Assembly: GCA_000934665.2 (NCBI GenBank)
Contig: JYFJ02004443.1
Location: 1 to 32,141, forward strand
Source of the DNA: Catajapyx aquilonaris
Lineage: Eukaryota
Length of the DNA: 32,141 nt
Direction: 5' to 3'
The notes beneath the pieces are model-generated. The model was not told where the DNA came from and searched no databases. It saw only the letters and a program-made list of their open reading frames with translations. The position numbers and the translations under genes are program-made. Position 1 is the first letter of the stretch. Every line of letters starts with the position of its first letter. Positions 11,205 through 20,199 of this stretch are shown here, piece after piece.

Positions 11205-11494
11205 ATTTCTCAAGGTAGATATTCCGCATACTGGAACATAATTTCATAATTAAATCAGCTTAAGAGTTGGCCGGTATTACCTGGCGATGTTATAGCCGAA
11301 TCGTCATGCAACGAAAACATAAATTTCCGCTTTCAATGTGGCTGTACTATGCACTACTAGACTACATACCGATTAATGAAATCTGTCACAAATGCAATAT
11401 TGGCTCACCCGAAAATTATGCAGGACCAAAATATCCGAAATATCCTTCTGCCGTCTCCTTTGTGCATACCTGGACAACAATATTTTCCCACCGA

Positions 11495-11648
11495 GGGTCC
11501 AAGAAATGGTCTGTTATACCGGAGGTGAGGTGAAAATGAGTCTGTTACATCAGGAGTGCAAAATACACAGTGCCTAATGGAAGCATGCCGGGACGGCCTT
11601 TATAACCAAGTATGTTACATCCGAGGCTGTTATATCCGGATTCAACTG
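11495..11648. mobile_element. Solo Tigger/pogo-like terminus
   Basis: Reads TA|CAGTTGAATCCGGATATAACAGCCTCGGATGTAAC on the minus strand, with repeated TGTTAYA motifs. The partner end was not found. Confidence 0.55.
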
Positions 11649-12359
11649 TAATAAGTACAATCCGTTCACTCCAGAGCAGCAGGGTAACATTTCCCTAACA
11701 ATATGGCGAGGTGTAAATAGGAATTGACATTGCTAGGCGATGGAATCAAGAACAAATGAAGTATTTGATGTAAAAAAAATCATAACTTCAATCCTGCAGC
11801 AGGTGGAAGTGCGAGGTTTTGAACATAGATCCGCACCATCCTACTGCGCATTCGGCCCTTTGATGAAGAAACCGAATTCCGAATAGTTATGGAGCAAATA
11901 AATAGAAACTTCTTTTTAATTTTTTTGCGGCGTTTTGAAAAGGAATTGAGTTTAGCTGTAAATGGTAGGAATGCACTTCACGACGGTGGGCATCTGTGCT
12001 CAAAATTTGGAAGCTCTACCTACAGCAGAACTTGAGTTAGGGCGAATAAAAAAAGCGTAACAACAAGATGTTGAAGAAATTCATTGTTGAAATCTAAGCT
12101 ACGGTCTTACTAAGGGGCTCTCGCCCCTTAAATAAAGGCCTACCACGTACATATGATATTGCGAGAAAGCCTGATTCAAGAACTCGACCGAGTTAACAAT
12201 AAATACCGATGTCATTGAGTAATAAGATAAATCACATTAAATTAAGAGACCACAATTTTTAAGAGCTTCTGAAGAAGCAAGTTTCGGAATTTTTCGTGTC
12301 AATTATGGATGCCCAATAAAATTGTAAAGTATCTCAGCGATTAAATGGGTACCGGTATT

Positions 12360-13210
12360 TGTACACCAGTTTCGGGTCTTGTTCCACAGTGGTGTGTGGC
12401 CCACTCCGTCTGTCCTCACATCCTTCTGGTCCAGGCTGTAAGTCCTCGGCCTCTTTGCGGGCTTCTTGGCCCCTCGTGATGGCCTGCCGGGACGCTTCAG
12501 CTTGCCTGCATGAATCAAAGCTGTTGAGACTTCCCACTGGAAGTCTCGAAGGTACATCACCTTCTGTGTTCCAAGTTGGCGACGGTGCCGACGATATAGC
12601 AACCAAGCATTTACAATTGCCATTGTGAGGGTGTGAAACCATTTATAGAGGTACCACCTTCTAGAGCGGATTTGATACTTGTACAACGCTGTCAGCATGT
12701 CCATCAGGTCAATTCCTCCCATAAATTTGTTATACTCAGCAACAATAGCTGGACGGGCCACGTCAACACGCTTCTTCTCCTTCCGAACCCACCTTGGGTT
12801 CCACACACACGTATGAGGACACAAGCGTGACGGCTTTGTTGTCATACCACCGCACAGCCACTGCTCTGCCTTCCTCTTCCACGTCGAAATCTACTGCTCC
12901 TCTTCCCTTCTTCATGACCTTCTCTTGGATCAGTTGCGAATTCTTTAGCCTGTTGGGCCTCACTGTCCCCACAAAGTAGAGTCCCCTCTGCAGCAGCCTG
13001 TGCACAAGATTGTCATCCGTGAAATAATTGTCAGCAAATACCTTGTGGTTCACACCACTTGGTAGTGTTTTTCTGGGCTGCAGCACCACTGTCTCTCCCT
13101 TCACTTTTCTTGTTCCCCTTCCTTGATACACATCAAAGTCGTGCAGGAGGCCCGACTTCCCTGCCCTTCCCCACAACTTAAATCCCCATTTGTGGGGCTT
13201 GCCAGCCATG
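12360..13210 (-). mobile_element. piggyBac (PGBD3-like) transposase fragment, frameshift near 12800
   Basis: Motifs KPHKWGFKLW, DFDVYQG, VFADNYFT, GTVRPNR, RWYDNKAVTLVS, PAIVAEYNKFMGGIDLMD, RSRRWY and VNAWLLY. No TTAA-flanked termini seen. Confidence 0.9.
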
Positions 13211-14030
13211 TGAGGGAGTCCAGCACTGTTTCAACCACAATCAACAGCCGGGAAAGAGTCAGATCCATTAGCGCTTGCAGCCTAATTTGAGCGGAAGATT
13301 CTGAGATGAAAACATAGTCCTGAGGCTGATAGCATTGTTTCTTGGCAATTCCTATTTCGTGGTAGTTTGGATACAACCTGCCTGCATTATGTGACGATGC
13401 AGTATTTCTGAACCACATGTACTGTGCTTTAGTCATCTTAGCTTGGACAGTGAGATCGAGTGCCTCTTCAACTGATAACGGGCGTATAGCATTTGTACCT
13501 GCTTATGCTGTCTCCCATGCCATCTTGACTCTCTTGGGCCTCTCTGGACTGCCACAGAAGACCTCACGCATTAGCTTAGCTCCCACTCGATTTCCATCGA
13601 CGTGCATACTTGAAGCCGCTGCATGAACGAGCTCCGTCGTGTTAGCAGACGATCGCAGGTATTGAGTACTTCGTGATCTTGATCTCGAGGACTTCTCTTC
13701 GAAGGGTTTTTCTGAACGTCCACCACTCCTACCGCGCCCTAAGCCATCGTCACCTCCAAAAGTGAAATTATTTTGGTAAATGTATGTTGCTCGTTAACAT
13801 TGCGATTTGTACCGGAAACGATACTGCATTACTCCTTACCTACATCTTTGTCGTGGAAATGAAACTCTGAATCAAGCCAATGAGCGTTCATTTTCAGAAA
13901 TAATTCTTGTCTCCTATGGCAGGCCTGCCACCTCATCTTGACACTGGTGATAAAGGCATGTAGACGGCAGAAAACGCGTTCTTTCTCGGATGCTGACATC
14001 TCATGCGACCTGAGAATTAAAATTCTTCCC
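13211..14030 (-). mobile_element. Transib (RAG1-core-related) transposase N-terminal fragment
   Basis: Exon ...FITSVKMRWQACHRRQELFLKMNAHWLDSEF, then GT-AG intron 13839-13754, then GRSEKPFEEKSSRSRSR...SPERPKRVK...*...LSVEEALDLTVQAKMTKAQY...LYPNY...AKKQCY...ISESSAQIRLQALMDLTLSRL. One in-frame TAA. Truncated before the catalytic Asp. Confidence 0.8.
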
Positions 14031-14555
14031 CCGTAAACAGGTGACTGTGGCCAACGAGATAATGAAAACTCATGATGATAAAAATAAATAAATAAATGAT
14101 GATGATGATAATGAAAACTCGAACTAGTATAAATTCCATTCCGAATTGGATTCAATTTCTTATCCGTAACCCAATTCAATTCGATTCAATTCCTACTCGA
14201 TCGGAATTGAATTGCCTGCAAGTCAAATATTCAAGTAGGAATGTTACCAACTACAACCCAAATCCCAGACCAAGGCTAGAACCAAAGAGCTTTTTAAGCT
14301 CTTTGGCTAGAACCCCATTAGTCATAGTTGTTGGGCCACCTTGTATTACCTTGGCGATTTGATGTGAGTTGTTGGGTGGCAGCAGTTTGTTGACAAGCAT
14401 TATTGGGTTCACTCCTCTGCATGTTGGGGGAACTCGCATACGCTTTTTTTTTTTCTTTGCCTAATTTTTTTTTCTTTGCCTAATTTTTTTTGAAGAATAG
14501 TAGTAGATTATAGGATATACGTCAGATTGCACTTGAGAACATATTGACAACTGCG

Positions 14556-16004
14556 ATGGCTCGTCGTTCAATCCTGGTGAGACCCGAACTCGTGCGTCGT
14601 TTGACCCTAATAGGAGAAGATGAAGGTGATGAAGATGATGATGATAAAGGGTAAGACTTTCCTCTCTGCCACATTTTCAAATGGTCCAACTTGCACGTAC
14701 TGCACATCTTTGCACTCTGTACTGTACAACAACGTCATGATCACCATTTGTCTTCTGTCACATAGCCAAATCCAAAGATGAAAGTGATACTAATGCGCGT
14801 GTTTGTCCTGCTTTGTAGGCCAGCCAAGAAAGCAGACAAAGTACCACACAAGAAATCAAAGTCGCCACGATCTAACCAGAAGGCGGCTCCGATCTCTGTC
14901 AGTAAGGTAGTAGCTGGAAAAGCCAGAGGTAAACCTCCCATTCCTCTGACACCACAAGAGGTGGTTGGGAAGAAACTGGGTGAGAATTCCACATTACTTT
15001 GTGTTTCCTTGACGAGAACAGAGCCCTGTTGTTGTCACTCGTCGTTTGTTTGTTTTTCCGGAGCGAGTCATCACCTGTGGACTGTTTCAGATGAGCGCTG
15101 GATGAAGCTGAACACGACCAGATTTAATGCCCCTAGTCCACGGATAACCCTGGATCATGTGAAGATAGTGGCTCTCAAATACCTTCTGAGGTCAGGCCCC
15201 ATCCCTGCCTCGTTCATCAGATGGGTCGATCTTCCAATGACCATGGCACTTTTGGACCACACTCATTTGTAATCTATCCGCACATGGTGCTGTGGCAATG
15301 CAGTGGTGATGTCCTCTCTCGTGTCTTTTTCCAGGTATTTCAAGGTCTATTTTGCCATCCTGACTCTAATGGGCATAGACCCCACCACCGACAGGCGTGA
15401 CTTCGTCGTGTATAAGCAGAGCGATCTGATTGACCTGCGTCGAATATTGAAGAAGGCCAGGCGGAAGATGTCCCAGTGCTACAGACTCTTTATGTTGAAG
15501 ATGGACGACCTCCACAAGCCCCAGACCCTGTATGAGCAGATGAGATCGGCCTTCAAAAATGACTGCGTTCGATATGAACTCCTATACGTGTATGTGGCCA
15601 CAGATTTGATTCTAACAATTCCGTCATGTGATACAACAGTTTCATACTAGTGTCGTACGGTTAGTTTCGAATGATATCACAGCAAGGACCGTTCACTTGG
15701 CAGGTACATCATTAAATCCATGAGCATTATCATGAGGCGCACTTACGAGGAGCTGATACAGATGGAGTGCGCCAGGCTGTTCCGGACGGAAACATTCAAC
15801 ATATACTACCACCGAATGGAGGTCCGCAAAATCGAGCATAAGCGCCGCTTGTACGACATCATGGCCACGGTCGATCCACTCTTGATCTCAAGCAGAAAGG
15901 CATACGTCACTCGATTCAAGTATTACACCAGTTGCCCTCTTCTGCTAGAGACCACGGATCCAGTCAACTACATGTACGGGAATGACAGTAACTCCTGCAG
16001 TTAA
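14556..16004 (+). CDS. PPP1R36: Five-exon host gene, divergent protein phosphatase 1 regulatory subunit 36-like (PPPI_inhib family), ~329 aa
   Basis: Exons 14556-14650, 14819-14979, 15091-15268, 15335-15589 and 15704-16004. All introns are GT-AG and phase-compatible (990 nt total), with a TACTAAT branch site in intron 1. DCVRYELLYVYIIKSMSIIMRRTYEELIQMECARLFRTETFNI matches the spacing of the PPP1R36 D..E..Y...RR....I.xE..RLFRT..FN motif as recalled. ITLDHVKIVAL also fits. Confidence 0.7.
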
Positions 16005-16695
16005 TATCTAAATATAAATTTTTACGAGCGCAACCGAGTGCGCACCCACACTCGCGCAGGTTCATTCTGAACCTTGGCAACGTTGCAAATGTCCGCCATT
16101 TTCTCCCTCTCTCTCAAAGAGTTCTGGTATAATATACAGCAAACCAGCAGGTTACCCAGCGTTGCACGCGTGTGTTCTGGTGGGATAATCAACTCAAATC
16201 TACTTAAGCACTGCAGGGCTACGTGGGTGAACGTTTTGGTTAATAAAAACATTTGGATGGGGGGGGGGGGATGTCATAAGGGTCGCCAGGTCGAGGAAAG
16301 GTTGTAGGCATTCCCGTGGATTTCTATAGCGAACAACGGCACAAGCAAACAAATTCATAAACATCCTCAAATATGTATTTAGAGGGTTCGGAAATTTAAC
16401 CTACCGTCGCTTTGGGAAAGGACATTGGGTTCTAGGCTTTCAGTATATGCAACACGGGTCTCCAACGCATATAGTTACCGAGATAATGTGCTTCAAACAC
16501 AAGGTATAAGATATCCTGGCACGTATGCGTCCCTCCACGCGACCTTAACGTTTTCATTTAAATTTAAGATGATACGATGTATTTTTAATTTTAATTTACG
16601 ATCCTGTTAGGTGCAGCAGGGTTTAGGTTTATTATGAAGCCAAAGCAATACACTTATAGTGATCGCCTATAACTCCTCTTATCATTTCCCAAAAG

Positions 16696-17100
16696 CGACG
16701 GGAGATTATATATCTGCCCATGATGTAAAAACTCGCCATTGTCTTTGATGCGTGCAGGGAGACGAAAGACAGAGACCTGACCACGGAAGACTCGGCGTTA
16801 CTGAGCACGTTGGACGCTGACAGATACAGCATAATTGGTGACGTAATAGACATGTATGACGATCAACTTCGCTCCCTCGACCCGACCAGGCAGGTAACGG
16901 AGATGGTAGAGAAAAAGGTGCGTATGATTTAAATTGGAACAGAGGGCTTACTCTGGGGTACTTTAAACAATGGTGTAAAATTACCCACTTGCTTCATGCA
17001 GTTGAGGAGTATCGGGATGAAGCGAGACTCGAAGGTGTCGAAAGGGAAGTATAAGGTATCGATCTTGGAGGATATGTGCCCCTGGATAGTGAAGAAGTAG
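16696..17100 (+). pseudogene. Probable further 3' exons of the PPP1R36-like gene, with a disablement
   Basis: A phase-1 donor at GACA|GTAACT (~15989) fits the acceptor tcatttcccaaaAG (16695). One extra A in GTAAAAACTC (~16727) breaks a frame reading HDVKLAIVFDACRETKD...RYSIIGDVIDMYDDQLRSLDP. Further donor at 16918 and acceptor at 17001. Confidence 0.45.
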
Positions 17101-17530
17101 TGATGATCAACATGGCTCCAGTCCACGATGTGTTCTAGCAGATGTCAAGAAGTGAGCATCTTCAACGGCAGGGCCCAGTTGAAGATTCTCAGTGCCAAAG
17201 GGACATGTAGACTACATGATATTATTATTTCGATATAAAGGAGCAATTTATTTTACATTGGAATTTTCTTTATGCCTTTCGAAGGCGTTTCATTTTCTAT
17301 CAACGTTCGAGCAATTTGTCACCTTTCGGTGACTCAAGTGAACTCGAGAGCTATGCCGGCGGTTGCTTCGTCTACTCGGCAGGGTCACCCAAGTAGGTGA
17401 CATGGTTTTGAGGATAGGAAACAGACATACGAACTACATACGAAAACTCCAGCACATTCCAATGGATATGAATGTGACCATAAGTGCGCAGAATTAATAA
17501 TATTCAATACAAAAAATTAAAATACACATC

Positions 17531-17535
17531 AATAA

Positions 17536-17572
<37 letters not shown>

Positions 17573-17847
17573 TCAAACCCCGTTATCAGCCTATCGGCTC
17601 TTTAGGGGGGGAAGTTTTGTTTTGCCTGGAACTCTTTGCTTTTCATTTTACTGCGCTTTTTGGGATAGGATAGGGACGGAAGGAAGCGGCTGTGGCCTAT
17701 TAATTACGGAAACAACTCCGGAATTTTCCTGGAAGGACCGTGGGAAACCACAGAAAACCACGGTCAGAGTTGCCGGCTCCGGGATTTGATCCCAGGACCT
17801 CCCGATTAGCAGTCGGACACCATATCCCCTACTCCCAACTGCTTCTG
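17531..17847 (-). mobile_element. tRNA-derived SINE with (ATT)n tail
   Basis: On the minus strand: A-box-like TGGGAGTAGGGG, B-box-like GGATCAAATCC, and the body GGTTTTCTGTGGTTTCCC...CAGGAAAATTCCGG...GGCCACAGCCGCTTCCTTCC, typical of insect SINEs. A LINE-like 3' end follows, then (ATT)n at 17531-17571. Confidence 0.8.
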
Positions 17848-17909
17848 TACAATACCTCCATGTAATAGAAAAGGCTGGGTAGAGTGGGTGGTTGTCCAGG
17901 CTACGTACC

Positions 17910-18000
17910 GTACATAAATTAGCCAAAAAAGTAACTACTTCATCCCCGCCACACCTCGCAATTTCCGAAGAAATAGCATCAACCCCAGTGGATTTAACAA
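17910..18000 (-). mobile_element. Short non-LTR reverse-transcriptase fragment (domain 0)
   Basis: KSTGVDAISSEIARCGGDEVVTFLANLC matches the K(A/S)PGxDxIxxExxKxGG...LxxL pattern. Confidence 0.55.
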
Positions 18001-18179
18001 CGACCATGCGCCAGATCTCCTCCTTGGGTTGGAAGCCGATTACACATCTTCAATTGGGATGAGGAGCCAACGAGGAGTGGCTTGACGATTTTTTACGGAC
18101 GGTTCCGTCTCTCAAGATGGGAGAGCCGGAGGAGCCGTAGTGAGCTGCAATGAGGCTGGGAACATTTCTTTCTTGGAGC

Positions 18180-18470
18180 TCATCCCATACGTGGTTGGAG
18201 CAGATATCTTTCAAGTAGAACTTGCAACCATCCTGAGGGCCTTAGAACTGGTGGCAGAACTGACCCACGACACGACTGAACCGGTGCTAGTGGTGTCCGA
18301 CTTCCTGTCGACCCTTTATGCAATTTCTAAACCCGGAAGTACGTGGCCCCTAGCAGTTAGGGATCGTGACCTGCTAAGGAGTTCCCGGACGGAAGTTCGC
18401 CTCTGCTGGGTGAGGGGCCACTCCGGCACGCCAGGCAACGAGATTGCGGACAGGGAAGCCAGGAGGGCAG
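18180..18470 (+). mobile_element. Non-LTR retrotransposon RNase H fragment (R1/I-group-like)
   Basis: Motifs IFQVELATILRAL, VVSDFLSTL and LCWVRGHSGTPGNEIADREAR. Confidence 0.85.
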
Positions 18471-18619
18471 ATAACTTCTCCATCTTTTTGTTTTGGCGTT
18501 CCACTAGCTCCGTAAGTGCTGTCACCAACACTGATGTCCCAACACTTCCGTCAGTTCGCTCTTGGTTTTGGTCAAGGCCCTGTCCAGGGCCCTTTCGACT
18601 TCCGCTATTGTCGCCATCT

Positions 18620-18709
18620 CTCCTCCTCCTCCTCCTCCTCCTCCTCCTCCTCCCCCTCCTCCCCCCCCCCCTCTCCCTCCCCCCCCTCCCTNCCCCCCCC
18701 CCCCCCCCC
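18620..18709. repeat. (CCT)n / poly-C low-complexity tract containing an N
   Basis: Directly visible; there is an ambiguous base at 18692. Confidence 0.95.
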
Positions 18710-18775
18710 GTGGTTTGACCTTCACCGGAGCTGATCAAGACCCGACCGTTCTGGGCGCTTGCTCTAGGAGAAGTG

Positions 18776-19208
18776 ACACGTGCAGATAGGCCCTTCTTTC
18801 CACCCGTCATGGATGTAGCGCCATCCGTACAAATTCCAACACATCTGTTCCAGTCCACATCAGCGCTAACAATAAAATCATTAAGAACGTTGAAAACTTC
18901 TTCTCCAGTCGTGTTGGCTGGTAGACGTCGGCAAAACAAAAATTCGTCATGTATTTTCCCCAGATATTCGTATCTCACATACGCAAGAAGGTTAGCATCT
19001 CCAACAATATCAGTTGATTCGTCAAGCTGCAGTGCGAAGTACTGACTCTGACGCAGGCGAAATAACAGCTGCTGTTCCACATCTTCGGCCATGCAGGTTA
19101 TCCGGCGTTGAATGGCATTGTTGCAAAGGGGGACTTTCTGAATGGCATTTTTACCTTTGTCCCCAAGCATGATGCTTGCCATTATGCTTGCAGCAGGTTT
19201 TATCAAGA
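18776..19208 (-). mobile_element. hAT Buster/Charlie (ZBED5/SCAND3-like) transposase fragment
   Basis: Motifs LIKPAA, VPLCNNAIQRRI, FALQLDESTD, LLAYVRY, EFLFC, TTGEEVF and CVGICTDGATSMTG. Confidence 0.9.
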
Positions 19209-19340
19209 ATGGGTGAGAGGGCATCTCCCTGGAGGACGCCTTTCGTAATATACACCTCATCGCTGCGGGGGTCTGTGACTATTCTCGCCGATGAGTAGAT
19301 GGATTGAAGTGTCCTGAGAAAGTTACCGCCAATTCCTAAG
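19209..19340 (-). mobile_element. Non-LTR RT fragment (domain 3-4)
   Basis: LGIGGNFLRTLQSIYSS...ITKGVLQGDALSPIL. Confidence 0.8.
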
Positions 19341-19369
19341 TCTAAGCCGATTCCACAGTAATCCATGGT

Positions 19370-20167
19370 CTACACTGTCTGCTGGGCATTGGTCCTCTCT
19401 TGGTGGCCTTGAAATAGGAACAAGCGACCACTTCCGTCTATCAGATCTCCTTGTTCGTTCTTTTTGTACTTGATGCCATCGATTTGCAGTTGGTCGTATC
19501 GGAGAGAGGCCCTTTTGCCCTCTTTTTTTGCTTGAATCAAAAGCGGTATTAACTCACGTCGGAGCATTCTTGTTTCGGGGCTGAAGTCTTCAGCCATGGC
19601 GATTCCAGTGTTAACCAGCATGCCCCCATTCTTGATAATAACGTCCTTGTCCTTGAAGTGCGTAAATGCCACTATTATCGGTCTTGGGCGGGAAGCTGCC
19701 TCTTTTTTTCGTCCCAAACGGTGAGCACTCTCAATCATCGGTGGAAAAAACTTGGGCGGGATGAGGGTGTGGTTTCGGACACATGCCAGCACCACTTCTT
19801 CTGCACGATCCCATGTCTCCTGTTCCTCTTCTTGGAGACCATAGAACACGACATTTCTACGCCTGGAACGGTCTTCAAGGTCACGATTGCGGTCTTGCAG
19901 GGATTTGATTTGGGTCCAAAGCCCCCCAATTTGACGCTCCATCTCGTTGGCCTTGTTGTCTGCTTGCTCCAGTTTGGCGTTCAGGAGGTCTACCTTAATT
20001 GCTAGCGGTTCCACCACTTCCCTTTTAAGTTGCTGTTTTAAGTCCGCAAGCAGACTTAACTTGAGTTCATCGAGCAGCCCTCGCAGTGTCGTCTCGGTCA
20101 AGGGTGAGTCCGGCATTTCACTCCCCCCTTGCTGATAATGCACTGGTGCGGAGCTCCGTTTCGACAC
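19370..20167 (-). CDS. Intact-looking LINE ORF1 (coiled coil plus L1-type RRM/CTD), CR1/L2-group-like
   Basis: Heptad coiled coil, then DLEDRSRRRNVVFYGLQE, IESAHRLG, RPRPIIVAF and IAMAEDFSPETRMLRREL. The first true ATG is at 20116; the track's start at 20167 is GTG. Confidence 0.85.
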   Translation of the reverse strand: MSKRSSAPVHYQQGGSEMPDSPLTETTLRGLLDELKLSLLADLKQQLKREVVEPLAIKVDLLNAKLEQADNKANEMERQIGGLWTQIKSLQDRNRDLEDRSRRRNVVFYGLQEEEQETWDRAEEVVLACVRNHTLIPPKFFPPMIESAHRLGRKKEAASRPRPIIVAFTHFKDKDVIIKNGGMLVNTGIAMAEDFSPETRMLRRELIPLLIQAKKEGKRASLRYDQLQIDGIKYKKNEQGDLIDGSGRLFLFQGHQERTNAQQTV

Positions 20168-20199
20168 GTCTGTTCGCTAACGTCTCAGAGCTGCTACCC

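Noticed and set aside
12111..12131. Hairpin TAAGGGG-CTCTCG-CCCCTTA ending in TTAA as the piggyBac terminus
   Set aside because: It does not read TTAA-CCY in the required orientation and has no partner end. It may be the orphan end of another TTAA-targeting element.
17770..17847. tRNA gene
   Set aside because: Degenerate A/B boxes continuous with a SINE body and tail.
18316..19260. 314-aa ORF with poly-Arg/Gly, and the overlapping poly-Pro/Gly ORFs
   Set aside because: Read-through across RT, Buster, the low-complexity tract and antisense RNase H; not a real gene.
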